Source: Blepharisma stoltei ATCC 30299 (lineage: Eukaryota > Protista > Ciliophora). From it: a stretch of DNA of 64,000 bases. A model generated the notes under the pieces. It saw only the letters and a list, made by a program, of their open reading frames with translations, was not told the DNA's origin and made no database searches. The translations under genes and the position numbers were made by a program. Shown here piece by piece: positions 1 to 12,074 of this stretch. The DNA lies in NCBI GenBank assembly GCA_965603825.1, contig CBFDEM010000023.1:636636-700635 (forward strand). The letters run 5' to 3'. The first letter of the stretch is position 1. Every line of letters starts with the position of its first letter.

Positions 1-294
1 CTGAGTTGAGGCTTCAGAATTTCCTTCAAAATGATTTCTTTTTGGGCTATTTAAAGCTTTCTTGGAAATGGGACACTCAAACTTAGAAAGCGCTGTGTTA
101 AGAATTTTCACCTTTTGAATAGGACTTCATTCATTGCAGCTCCTATCTGTTTTTGGACTTAGGTGGGGAGATTTTAATGCTGACCCAGGTGGAGAACGAG
201 GGTCATATTTGTTTGTGCTTCTGTGCTTTGGTGAAAAGGTCAGACTTAAGTCAAGCTTTGTCATGTTCTTTTTAGGTTTATGAGCAGTAATCAT
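1..294 (-). CDS. Hypothetical S/P-rich protein, partial (runs off window start)
   Basis: ATG at 294 (or 264); the frame stays open through TGA 127-129 (read as Trp) to base 1. Confidence 0.6.
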
Positions 295-634
295 TTTTAA
301 TGTATGGGTATAGTTATTATTTAAAATGGAAAATAATTCTCTCAACTCTTGTATTCACTGCAAGTCTAACCTATATTAGTTAGTAAGAAAAAATATTAAT
401 TTATACTTAAGTTCCTTAGTCAATTATCACAATTGCGATTAATTAACAATAAATTCTGTTCATATAATAATTAGGTGAACTACTATAAAATTTATAATAT
501 ATAGGATATCAGGATATTTTAGATATTTTAATTAAAATTTATATTATCCGCCTTTTCACAAATAAGAAGCTTTTGATTATAAAATTTCAATAATTTTTAT
601 ATTCTAATTCCTTAAATATAATAATTTACCCAAG

Positions 635-1540
635 ATGGACTCTATGCAAGATAAACAACAAACAATAGACCGACGAAAGTGGACAGTAGTCTGCAAGCAC
701 TGACTCAAAGGTCTGTGTCAAAAGGACGACAAGTGTGAATACCTCCACCAATACGACCTTTCCAGAATGCCGATCTGTTCATCAATTACCAAAGGACGTC
801 CATGCACCTCAGAAGACTGCGTTTTCAAGCACATCGACCCAAACCAGAAGCGCTGCCCTCGTTACGAGCTTGGATTTTGCATAAAAGGTCCTCAATGCAA
901 GGAAAGACACGAAAGAACTAACGAACCACCTACATATCTCCCCGATAAATATTTTGCTGAGATAATTAATCCAATGTTTCATTCAATGGTGCCTATGAAA
1001 ACTGATTCTTTATTTCTCCCTGCAGGGCAGGTCCAATTTCAAGGGACTTCCCGCTATTTTATTGCATGCGGAACAACTGAGGCAGTTCAGACAGCCCTCA
1101 TTCATTCTGCATGGGCTACTACAAATTCAAACTTAACTGTTTTGAGAAATTCATTAAAACAAAGCGAAAATGTTGCTTTGATTTTTAGGGATGATAAATA
1201 TTTTTATGGGTTTGCCAAAATCGTAGGAGATATTGACCCTAATTTTAAGCCAGGAATTTTTGGAGATGACCCGTCTACTGCTGCTAATTTTAGAATTAGA
1301 TGAATTAAGAAATGCAGACTAGAACTAGACTCCACAAACCACTTAAGAAATCCATTTGATGGGATGTTAAGGGTAAGAATGGGAAAAGAAGCCCAAGAAA
1401 TTGAAGGAGAGGTCGCAGAAAAAATCTGCTCAATGATGGTGCCGCTACAAGATTACGAAGTTTTAGAGTACAAGAAATCTAAGAGGCAAAGAGAAGATGA
1501 GAAGAACGGGAAACATCCTGATAAAAAACACAGAAGTTAA
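635..1540 (+). CDS. CPSF4: CPSF30/CPSF4-like CCCH zinc-finger protein with C-terminal YTH domain (301 aa)
   Basis: VVCKHW(TGA 701)LKGLCQKDDKCEYLHQYDLSRMP matches the CPSF30 finger, followed by two more CCCH fingers. YTH motifs: RYFI, AWAT, LIF..FYGFAK, IRW(TGA 1301)IK, HLRNPF, AQEIE. Stop TAA 1538-1540. Confidence 0.88.
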
Positions 1541-1547
1541 AATAAAT

Positions 1548-3122
1548 TTATGAATTTTTAATTAATTGCTTCATAAATGCTACGAATTCTTGGTAGCTTA
1601 TAAGGTTATCGTGGTTTTTGTCTAAGAGTTTTATGAATTCTTGGAGCTCTTCTTTTGGAACTTTTGGCATTGAGTATTGAAGCTCGGATAGATTTAAAGA
1701 CCCATCTCCTGAGATATCATACAATTTAAATGCCTTTTTCAGCTTTTCCTGCGATATCATTTTATTCCAATCAATAGCAGCTGCCAAAAACTCAGAAAAT
1801 TCAATAGTTCCATTCCCATCAGCATCACAGCTTTTCATAATCGCATCTATATCAATAGTTGCATCAATATCCATATGTTCATACCCAGCCTTCAGCTCCT
1901 CTTTGCTTAATTTTCCATCCTTATTAGTATCAAGCTGCTCAAATAAATCAGTCAGCTGCTTTTCTTCTTCTTTTGTTAAGGTATTTGAAGCTATGAAGGT
2001 TAGGATGCATTTTTCGAATTTTGATTTTTTTCTGAAATCGTTTAGCTGAGTTAATGCACTTGAGTATAGAGGATTTGCACCTGAAGGACTGCTTAAATTA
2101 GACTGTATTCAAGGATGGTTCATTGCTTCAAATGCTGAAGGTCTATCAGCAGGATTGAAAGCAAGAAGCTTTTTTAATAAGTCTATTAAAGATTCAGGGT
2201 ATTGAAGTCATTGTGGAGTGGTTAAGTCCAGTCCTTGTTTGGTTAAAGCCAAGATATCTTTTTTATTATTTCCTATGAACGGAAATTTTCCAGTGATCAT
2301 GATATGTAGGATAACTCCTGCACTTCATAAATCACTTTTTTCATTAGATATCCCATTTGAAGCTTCTGGAGCTTTATAATACATCTAAGTTACCATTACA
2401 TCTCGGACTGTAGTTTTTACATTTTTCTTACCATATAAATAGCTAGAAAGGTCAAAATTCGCAACTTTAAGACGAGAGTCTGATGATTTGGCTTCAAAAA
2501 ATAAATTTTCTGATTTCAAGTGTGAATGGATAATCCCTCTTTGATGACAATAATTTAACCCATTAAAAATATCATACATACACTGGCTTGCAATAGAATC
2601 ACTCAAATATGAATCACTTATGATTTTTTTTAATAACTCGACACCTCCAAAATACTCAGAAGCAATATAATAGCATGAGGATGTTTCGATTGACTCATAA
2701 GTTTTTTGAATATTTGGATGATCCTGCTTATTTTATACCATTTGCTTTAGAATTTCAGCTTTTTCTAAAAACAGCTCACGAACTTCTATATCATTTTTAG
2801 GTCTTGGGTATTTTTTCAAAACTCTTTTGGTTTGTGTTCTTTTGTCTATTGCAATTAAAAATTCTTTATCTGTGCCTTTGCATGCAATTTTTACAGTTTG
2901 GTAATATTGCTTGAGAGATCCTTGTAAGTTATTTGTAATAACTGGCTCGATTATTTCGCTGACATTTGTATTGGGTTTAAATGAAGGTTTTCTTGAGAAA
3001 GCATGTGTGCGAGAACTTTTGATAGGATTTTGCTTTATTGACTGAATTAGGGAATCTCGGCTTTTGTTGGTTTCGTTGTCAGCTTTTGTTTCTTGTTCAG
3101 GCCTCGGAGCACAACAGCCCAT
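1548..3122 (-). CDS. CDPK-like protein (kinase fold + 4 EF-hands), probable pseudokinase; two 15-nt introns
   Basis: MGCC N-terminus; DHPNI restored by intron 2724-2738; YYKAPE restored by intron 2385-2399; DLW(TGA)SAG; EF hands DTNKDGKLSKEE, DADGNGTIEFSE, DISGDGSLNLSE, DKNHDNLISYQE. Catalytic motifs degenerate (HSHLKSEN, ANFD). Confidence 0.85.
2385..2399 (-). other. 15-nt spliceosomal intron
   Basis: GTAATGGTAACTTAG; in-frame TAG; removal joins VRD-MYYKAPE. Confidence 0.85.
2724..2738 (-). other. 15-nt spliceosomal intron
   Basis: GTATAAAATAAGCAG; in-frame TAA; removal gives ILKQM-DHPNI. Confidence 0.9.
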
Positions 3123-3431
3123 TTATATAAATATAGTATCATATTAAAAAGGAATGAGGATAATGTAAAACGTATAGGCCATTTATATGAAATGATAAAG
3201 ATCAGAAAATTAGCCATAATAACATTTTCAATGTTTTTAAAATATAGACATAAGTTTTGACTATTTTTATGATCTCAATAATTGACGTACCTATAAAGCT
3301 TTAATTTTTTATACTAAAAATAGACTATTTTATATTATCTAAGCCAATATTTTTATTATGAAATTAACTAAAAAGTCTTCAAAAATGCATAATTTTATTA
3401 TAGCTAATGAACATTTTTAATGAACCAAATT

Positions 3432-3917
3432 TCATCTTTTTTCGTTTTCTTTTTTTACACTTGATCTTCTAAGTATTATTTGGGGTGAAAGAACCTTTGT
3501 TCTTATCTTAAAACCAGTGGATAAATTAATCAGTTCCTTTTGGCTTTGGACTTTGTTAGTTTGTTTTGAAACTCTGCTGGCTTTTTTCACTGGCTGCTGC
3601 TTTTCTTTTATTTGATCTTTAGTTTGTTCCATCAGTTCAACAAGGTCTCTAACCAATGAATCTTCTTCGCAGAAATTGTTTTCACAATTAGAATTAATTG
3701 GCTCTATATCCAAGTTATTGCTAAACCCCTTATTTTTATAAGAAGAATCAGAAGCATCCTCCCAATTTTTGTTGACAGGGCTGTTAGGGCTACTCGGGCT
3801 TCTTTGTATAAGCGTGAACCTTTTTATTACAGGCCTTTCTATTTGGCCTAAGTTTGTAGTTGAACGGCTAGCTCTTAAGCTGAGCTTGTCTAATTGAAAC
3901 TCTTTTCTTTTGTGCAT
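3432..3917 (-). CDS. Hypothetical low-complexity protein
   Basis: 161-aa ORF with AT-rich ATG context. The TGA at 3432 would read as Trp, so the true stop is probably slightly further downstream. Confidence 0.55.
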   Translation of the reverse strand: MHKRKEFQLDKLSLRASRSTTNLGQIERPVIKRFTLIQRSPSSPNSPVNKNWEDASDSSYKNKGFSNNLDIEPINSNCENNFCEEDSLVRDLVELMEQTKDQIKEKQQPVKKASRVSKQTNKVQSQKELINLSTGFKIRTKVLSPQIILRRSSVKKENEKR

Positions 3918-4698
3918 TTTATCCTATATAATATTTTATTACTTAATTTTGGCAGCTCTTAGGTAATCATTTATTTTAGAATAAAATAATTGCTTATTTG
4001 TATAAATGTAAAAGTGACAGTAAGAATGCATGAATGCCTCCTTTATGAGACAAAACTGTTGAAATACAAATCTGCAAATTTATAATAGCAAATTATGGGT
4101 ATTACAATAAAAAAATTAGCTTCACGACTTCCTCGATTTAGAATAATTTCTCCATAAAGCTTATAATGAAGCCGAAAGCTGTCAAGACTCGCCAGATCTT
4201 TTGTATCAACCTCTATCCATTAATTGTGCATATACATTCTACTTTCAAAAATATCTCTTTCTCTTCATGTTCCACTAAAAGACTCAGTCTTTTATAAGCA
4301 TCTCCCAAAAATCATGCTCAAAGATAGCATTTAATTGCGCATTATTCTCTAAAGTCCATAAGTAGAAACATTGATACCCCAGGGCTTTATGTAGAGCAGA
4401 CTTTCTGTTAACTATTATATGCTGAAATATAGGAAAGATTATTGAAAGTTTCATCTTAAATTTTGAAACCCAAAATATCGAAAATCTCTATAAAGAACTA
4501 ATGATATGCAGTTTATTATGAAAATTATTGTCAAAAATATCATCATTATATTTTGCTATATAAATAAGAGTTATAGAAATAAACCATTAATTATTAAGCT
4601 GCTTATAACTTTACAAATTTAATAATCTAAAGAATGTCTGAGCTAAGTGTAAGACATCTTTATTAAGATGTCTTGACACGTTTACAATAAAATTTAAT

Positions 4699-4953
4699 AT
4701 GTCTTCCAAAGCATTTGGTGGTGCATTAATGTTGGCCGGAATCACGATTTTTGTGTATTACACATTTTGGCTGGTCGTAACAGTATGAAATATGTAGCCT
4801 TATCTTGATACCCAAAGCTTTATTCACAATTTTTACCCTCCTAGAGAATGGGCTATGCAAGGTCCGAAATTTTTATTGATTTTTGGAGTAGTCACTTTAT
4901 CTGGGCTTATTGGGTATTTATTTATGAGCACTAGGAAACCTAAACAGGCATAG
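4699..4953 (+). CDS. DPM2: Dolichol-phosphate mannose synthase regulatory subunit DPM2 (79 aa), missed by the ORF track
   Basis: MSSKAFGGALMLAGITIFVYYTFWLVVT|PYLDTQSFIHNFYPPREWA...; IFxYYTxW..TPF.D....H..F.PRExA is the DPM2 signature; intron 4783-4797; stop TAG. Confidence 0.88.
4783..4797 (+). other. 15-nt spliceosomal intron
   Basis: GTATGAAATATGTAG; in-frame TAG; removal restores VVT-PYLD. Confidence 0.9.
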
Positions 4954-5027
4954 AATGATAATTAAACTGAATATTCTAATTATGATTTTTATAAGCAAAT
5001 TTTATTGTTAAATAATTATTAGCCAAC

Positions 5028-7052
5028 TTATAAATTAGGACTTCTATAGATGTCTTCAATAAGCTCTGCGTATTTCTGTGCAACAAATTTCCTTTTAAGT
5101 TTCATAGTTGGGGTCAGCTCTCCAGTGTGAAGTGAAAAATCAGTTGGCAAAAACACCCATTTCCTGACGTGTTGTGCTTTTGAAATAGCCTTTTTATTTG
5201 CTCTATCAATTCCTTCTTGGATATATTTTTTGACTTTTTGGTCATTCATAGCTTCATCGTAAGTTTTAGCTGTGCTCCCAATTTCTGCCAAAATTCTTAG
5301 GGCTTCTGATGATAAATTTCTTGTCAACGTCATATCTGGACCAGGCTCCGTTTTAATAGCTACTAGTAACGCTAAATAATTTTTATAGTCTCCAACCAGC
5401 ATACAGTTAGAAATAAGCCTGCACTCTTCTTTAATAGCGTCTTCTATCAGAACTGGAGGAATATTTTCCCCACCAGCTGTAATAATCAGCTCTTTAAACC
5501 TCCCTGTAATAAATAAAAATCCTTTTTCATTGATATATCCTTCATCTCCGCTATGTAAGAACCCATTTTTGTCTATTGTCGCTTTAGTCTCTATTTCGCT
5601 TTTATAATACCCCATAAATCTGTTACGTCCTCTCATGCAGACTTCGCCACGAGTTCCTCTTGGGACTTCTTCTCCACTTTGACTGAGGATTTTAAGTCTG
5701 GTTCCATTAATAGGCTGTCCAGCGCTCCATACATTGTTACTATGAAGATAGTTCATTGTTTCAGGGGCTGCGCATTCTGACATTCCGTAAACATTCATTA
5801 GTGGTATATTCAAACTGAGGAAAAATTCAAGCGTTGCTTTAGATATTGGTGCAGCGCTCACAATAAAAGCTTTGCATCTGTCTAGGCCTAATGCTTGTTT
5901 TACCTTTGAAAACACTATTGTATTAGCTAGGCTATATTTCCAAGAAGTCGGCTTCTGCTGCAGCTGATCCAAAGTCGCTTTAAGCCCTACCTGCTTTGCC
6001 CATATCCCAATTTTCTTTGCTAAATCCCCTTTACTTGCCGCAATCGCCTTGATTTTTTCTTCAATTTTCTCATAAACCCTAGGAACTGACATAAAAAATG
6101 TTGGCCTTGCTTCTTTCAGCGTAACCCCTAAAGTCCCTTGCAAACAATTTTCATCAGCAAACCATAAAGCGGCTTTCTTATAAAGTGACCCAAAAATATC
6201 AATAATTTGTGCAGCAGAATGGCTCAGTGGCAAATAAGAAACTACCACATTTTCCCCTTCCTCCATTAATTTAGCGTCATCTATTGTAGTTTTGGCGCAC
6301 CAAATATAGTTATCATGGCTTAGCATTACACCTTTAGGTGGTCCAGTTGTTCCAGAAGTATAGACTACAGTTGCACATTGAGCTGGACTTATATCCTTCA
6401 TCCTTTTGGCTAATTCTTTTCCTTCAGTATCGCTGCCAGTTGCCATGAATTCTTCCCAGGTATAAACTTGACGGCCTGCTCTAATAGCTTCTAGCCCTGC
6501 TCCAGGCGAATAAACAACTACAGCTTTTAGCTTAGGAAGTCTGTCTCATATAGTCAGGTATTTTTGAAGCTGGGCTTCATTTTGCACTATAATTACTTCG
6601 GCTTGGCTATGATCCGCCACATAAAAGCAAGCTTCTGGGCCATTTGTGGTATAAACACCAATAGGAACCAAGCTTGCAAATAAAGCTCCGGAAAAGCTGA
6701 TTAGCCACTCAGGGGCGTTAAAGCCAATGATATTGACAGTTGCCCGAGATCTTATGCCAAGATTAATCAAAGCTCGGGCGAACCTTAAGGAATCGTCATA
6801 ATATTGCTGAAAAGTCCATGTGATCCATTTGCCTCCACGTTTTACACGCAATGCTGCCTGCTGGGCGTGGGTTTGTAGAGCGTCTTGGAAAATATTGATA
6901 TATGTCAGCGGAGGAGTGGAGCCTTGACCTGAAGTTTCCATGATAATAGGAAGCTCAAAGTTAATGTCGTCAGTCCAATAGAGATTTCTACCATCTGGCT
7001 GGACAAATTGACTGTAGGCATTCTTAGACACCCACAAGTAAGTTGAGTCCAT
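5028..7052 (-). CDS. ACSBG: Long-chain fatty-acid-CoA ligase, bubblegum/ACSBG family (674 aa)
   Basis: Two track ORFs join in frame through TGA 6546-6548; YTSGTTGPPKGVMLSHDN, YGMSE, GFLHSGDEG, ITGRFKELIITAGGENIPP, GELTPTMKLKR. Confidence 0.92.
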
Positions 7053-7799
7053 ATTTATAACACCTAAGTCTAGAAGAGGGTTTTGTATAGGAAAAACTTT
7101 GGTTTGTGATATTAGGATTTTAGAGGCAAATATTTTTAGGAGATGATTAAAAGAATGGAATTTTTATAATTTTTCAAAAATTAATTATACATAAAATTTT
7201 TAGATTGAAGGAATGCGTATATGAAATATATAGTGATAGGTGTAAGAATTAATTTAATTTAATAAATGAAGATTCCTTTAATTAGAATTTTCATTTTCGT
7301 GATGTATAGAGATTTACCATATTTCATGAATATTAAAGCTCAAAGACCATTTTGCTCCTGTTATACAATTACTTATTGCTAAAATAACGAAATAGTTTGG
7401 TAAATCAGTTTGTTTAATATAAAATAGACTGCTGATAAAAAATTTATTATAATGCCATTATTGTATATTAAGAAAGTTTAATTCTTCGTAATATATGAGG
7501 ATAAATTCACAAATATTAATTTGCGTAGAAATAAAGGATTTACGATTTTTCAAGAAATATAAATATTAATTCTAGCATATATGAATTATAATCTTTATTT
7601 TAAAATTTCCTTTCTTATTATGACTGAAGAGCACTTTTCAATCACAGGTGAGCATTTTTTAATTCTTATAATGACTTAAGCCTAAATTTAAAGCAATTGA
7701 CTAGCTCTTATAAAAGGATTAATCTTCAGCTCTTTTCAATCTTGTTTGGATTAATTAGAACTGGTGTGCTCCAATTCTCGGAAATTTCCATAAAAGAAA

Positions 7800-8650
7800 A
7801 GAGATAATTTTTTTTGAGTCAAATGCCATTTTATGCTGAACTTGCAATGCAATTTATATATTATCAACAGTGACCTGTATAATTGCCTCTTGCACTTATG
7901 TCCTAAATGGCTTTTTTTATTTAACGTAAGCTCTTGCCGTAAAAGTTTTCAATTCTACAATTCAGAGTATATTTAGTCAGCTCGAAATTGTGTATGGAAT
8001 ATAGGGTGCGGGTGGGGAAATTACTTTAAGTTTTGAATTTTATTTTTGATTCATCGATGGAGATAAATTTTCCAGCAGAATAGTTAACATCTCATCTTTT
8101 ACGAATCATAGAGAATATTGGTTCTTGCTTGGATAATTGATTTATTTGAAAATCTTGCGGAGCAGATAAATGCAGCATGCGACTTATGGCTTGGAATCTC
8201 CTAGATGTCATAACTTCATATATTTCCTGATTTTGGTAAAGAGAGACTGTAGATAATTTTCTGTTTTTTGAAAGATTTTATTGGACCAATCATAGTTACT
8301 ATCCCAAAACATTTCTTAAGCTTTTGAGAAGTAATTAGTACCATATTATTCTTTCTTCTAGATTGATTCGTGCTTTTGTAAGAGCTTCTGCATAAGAATT
8401 CGAATTCTTGATTATTCAATAATAATTTCTTCGACAAAAAAGGCCTAAATAAATTCAATGATGTAATTCGAGTCTGCAAGTAGATTTGATATGGGCTCAT
8501 TGGAGGCCTGCCATTTTTTCTATTGAATTCTTTTTATTTCAATTCAATTTTCAGGAGAAATTTATTCTTCAGAGGCTTCATCTTCATCACTTGAGTACAT
8601 TGCATCAGATGAAATACTTGGTGAATTTTCTGCTTCAATTTCGATTTTAA
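7800..8650 (-). pseudogene. Possible degraded coding relic
   Basis: Coding-like stretch (IEAENSPSISSDAMYSSDEDEASEE*ISPEN...) broken by several TAA/TAG and frameshifts; family not recognised. Confidence 0.3.
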
Positions 8651-8761
8651 TTTTTTAGCAATCACAAACAATATAAACTTAAAAACGAACTAAGAAGCCT
8701 ACTTATCCAAAAAAAATCATTAAAAGTAATGCAACTACCTTTTATTCATTGCTAAAAGCAC

Positions 8762-9658
8762 CTAAAAGAATATGCATTGATTGCCGACTATGTAGCTATT
8801 TTCTGGATCAAAGCATGATTCACAGGAATTCCGATTTTTGCATTTACCACATCCTAAACCACAGGCAGAGCATTGATGCCCTTCTTTAAAAAACCCTGGC
8901 TTGCAAGTATGGCAATACACACTCCCCCAATAGTCAAATAACTCAAAACTATGTCTATCGCAGCCCTCAGGAATAGTTCTAATTTGACATGAGCTACTAG
9001 CGGGAGAACTAGTGTATTTCCAGCCTTGATTATCACATCGACAAAATAATCCGTAATTGGTTGCGTCCCTTGCCCAGCATTCTATACATCCATTGATATC
9101 ACAATGTTTGCATCCTTTTGGACAGAATTCTATATGGCCTGTTGATGGATTATAAAAAGTTCCAAAATTATTTGTAGGACATGACCCGTCTGAGTATGGC
9201 ACTGAAAAAGGCTCCATACATCGAATACAACTTGAAGAATCAATGCAGTCACCGCATCCTGAATTGCAGCGAGAGCAATGCTTCATTATAGGATCTACGT
9301 AATATCCATGCTTGCATGTGGTACAACCCTTTCATGTACACCAGTCACATAAGTTGAATTTTCCATGACACCTCCTACACCCAGGTCTCCCAGGATCAAC
9401 ATACAAAAAATCATCATCTCTTGACGGACAATAATTCCATGCACAAGCTCCTACTCGATCTACATATTGTTCTAGAAGTCTACAAGTGACGCATTCAGTC
9501 CTTTCATTATTGCACTCAACGCAATCGTTTTGCCCTTCAGTGCAATTTTTTTGCATTTGTCTCTCTGTTGTGGAAGGCTGTTCACTTAAGGATGTATTAT
9601 GAATATTTGTGGCACCTAAAAGCTGTAGAACTAAAAGCAAATATAAGACTTTTGACAT
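8762..9658 (-). CDS. Secreted Cys-rich (CxxC, furin-like/VSP-like repeat) protein (298 aa)
   Basis: Signal peptide MSKVLYLLLVLQLLGA; two track ORFs join through TGA 9332-9334; CxxC repeats; no TM segment; stop TAG. Confidence 0.85.
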
Positions 9659-9929
9659 TTATTATGATTGTTTTTTATATGGAAAATATATTTTCATTAT
9701 ACTAAATATTTAAAAAAGAATGTATATTTTTTATTTTATATATTTAGAGGTATGTAGGTTTTATACATCGAATATAATCTCCTTTTGATAAAAATCAAAA
9801 AAGTATTGATTAATAAGTATTTAAATTTTTACAAATTTCTAAAAACATTTAGGCTCTCCAAAAAGAAGAGAGAGTTAGAATAGCTTTTCTAGATCTGGAT
9901 GATAAATACAAATTTTATTTCCGATTAAA

Positions 9930-10263
9930 CTTAGAGTAAGTCGAATCCCAATGCACTTATTTGCAACCTTTTAATGTGCATCAGTCACATAATTTAACTT
10001 ATTACTGCATCCTAAACAATTAAGGCGAACAGGTCAAAGTAATAAAAAATGACAAGAAATACGCAAACTCCTGCTGAATTTACCATTTGTTCTAGATATC
10101 TGCAAGAAAGACAAGCTGTTCTTTCAGAATTGCAAGCAACTCAACTTCTTCCCTTCAATGCACTGTTTTGCGTTTTTTTCGCTGTTTTAGGAGCTTAATT
10201 ACTTTAGGAGGCACTGTTCACTTAAAAGCTGCAGAGTTAAAGCAAGCATAAGTCCTTTGACAT
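9930..10263 (-). pseudogene. Decayed tandem paralog of the 8762-9658 gene
   Basis: Starts ATGTCAAAGGACTTATGCTTGCTT (vs ATGTCAAAAGTCTTATATTTGCTT); fragments CNSERTACLSCRYLEQMVNSAGVC and CSNKFKLCDWCTLKGC match the neighbour; multiple stops and frameshifts. Confidence 0.75.
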
Positions 10264-11246
10264 TTATTATTTATCTCACCTTTAATTTAATGTGAAATAA
10301 ATTTTTACTAATAAAAATGAATACTAAATAAGGCCAGCTATTAACTTTCTACTCATGACTAGAAAAATTTCTGTTCATTTATGAAGGATTAATTTTTTTT
10401 AAGTCAGTGATTTGTAAAAATATAATAACAGAAATTTACAATTGCAATTAATTGAAATCGCAAAGTTTATGTATAGCTAGATATTTATGGTAGTGTCTTT
10501 CTTCAAAGCAATCTTCTTCTCCAATATTTGGAGCAGATCGGAAGGGTCACTTAAAATCTAAGCATTGAGTCATAAATTTTTGTTTTTGCAAATTAAAATT
10601 ATATTTTTCAAGCTCACTAAAATCGATTAGAAACAATTTGATAAGCCATTAAAAGTTTTTATGTTCTAGCGGCTATCATTCTTCCTCAAATAGCTTTTAG
10701 AATAGAACTAAGCTTATTATGGAGTATAAATTATTGGTGTTTCCCTAATCTCTTTATAAAGCTGGGAATTCTTTGGCCTTATGTGGTTAAAACAATTCAC
10801 CACTCCATAATTCAATTCTTATGAAGAAAGCTTTATAGCATGACTTGTTTTTATAAATCTTTATCACTAAATCTTAAGCTTTATGCTTTCTAAATATTTT
10901 ATTCAGGCTTCATTCTATTTATTCGTGATTTTAAATTTACTCGTTTATTGTCAGCTTTTATAACTAACTCTAATAATAATTTGCATATTTAATAATTATT
11001 ACCTAATATAAGCTTCATTACAAAAATTAACCACAAATTATGATAATTAATCAGTTTTACCGAATATTCTAAAAATCAGTTCTCTCAACAAAATTTCTAG
11101 CAAATAAGCTCTTTTTAATAAAATATACAAATACTTAAAATCTAAAAATTAAGGAAATTTTTCCTTGTGAATATTTAGTTAATTTGAGTTTCAATTTTCA
11201 GGAACCAAGCTTATTTTCATATTAAAAATTGTAGATGATATAATAA

Positions 11247-11860
11247 ATGTTAAAAGCTTTGTGCTTATTTTTAGCTCTGCAGCTTTTAGTTGCCTCAGGA
11301 AATAATCAGACGTTATCAGACGAAGAGCCTTCAACATCACCAAGAGAAATGCAGCAGCATGCATAGAGGGGCAAGACTCCTGCGTTACTTGCAATACTGA
11401 TGGGACAGCTTGTATTACTTGTGACCAAAACTACGATTTATCATCCACTGGAGTTTGCGTATACAGGCAGAGCTGTCCACGCTCATTTTACTTTGACCCT
11501 GATTATAATACATGCTTGAGTTGCGGGACAAAGTTCAGTTTATGCGATACTTGCACATTCAATACTTGCAGCTTATGCAATATTGGCTATTACTTAGATG
11601 CAGCCAGTCAGCAATGCGCTCGGTGCAATTCAGGATGTGGTGACTGTGCTAGCTTTTCGACATGTATTGGATGCATGGAGCCATTTGCTATGCCATATAA
11701 TGATGGCTCTTGTCCTACTAATAACCTTGGAACTTTTTATAATCCCTCAACAGGCCATGTAGAGTTTTGTTCAAAGGGATGCAAAACTTGTGATGCAAAT
11801 AGCTGCACAAGTTGCTGGGGATGGGATGCAGTCATTAGTGGCAAGTTAAAATTAATATAA
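11247..11860 (+). pseudogene. Inverted paralog of the 8762-9658 Cys-rich gene, frameshifted and 3'-truncated
   Basis: MLKALCLFLALQLLVASG signal peptide; 1-nt frameshift near 11358 before CIEGQDSC; CNSGCGDC..CMEPF..PY.DGSCPTNN.GTFYNPSTGH.EFC.KGCK is near-identical to the paralog; homology ends at about 11845. Confidence 0.7.
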
Positions 11861-12074
11861 TGGCGGCTAAATATAGCTTTGATAGTGATGCACGGAGTTA
11901 GTTACAAAAATTGCAAAACCAAGGTTTTGTTGACTGGCCGTATGATGGGTAACCTTGGGAGCTAGTTGATAGTAAAAAACAAAGAAGTTAAGAATAAAGT
12001 GACATATGAAAATGATGATTTAATAAACAAATCCGAAATAAAAGATGAAGTAACCAATAATGATTATTATTTAA

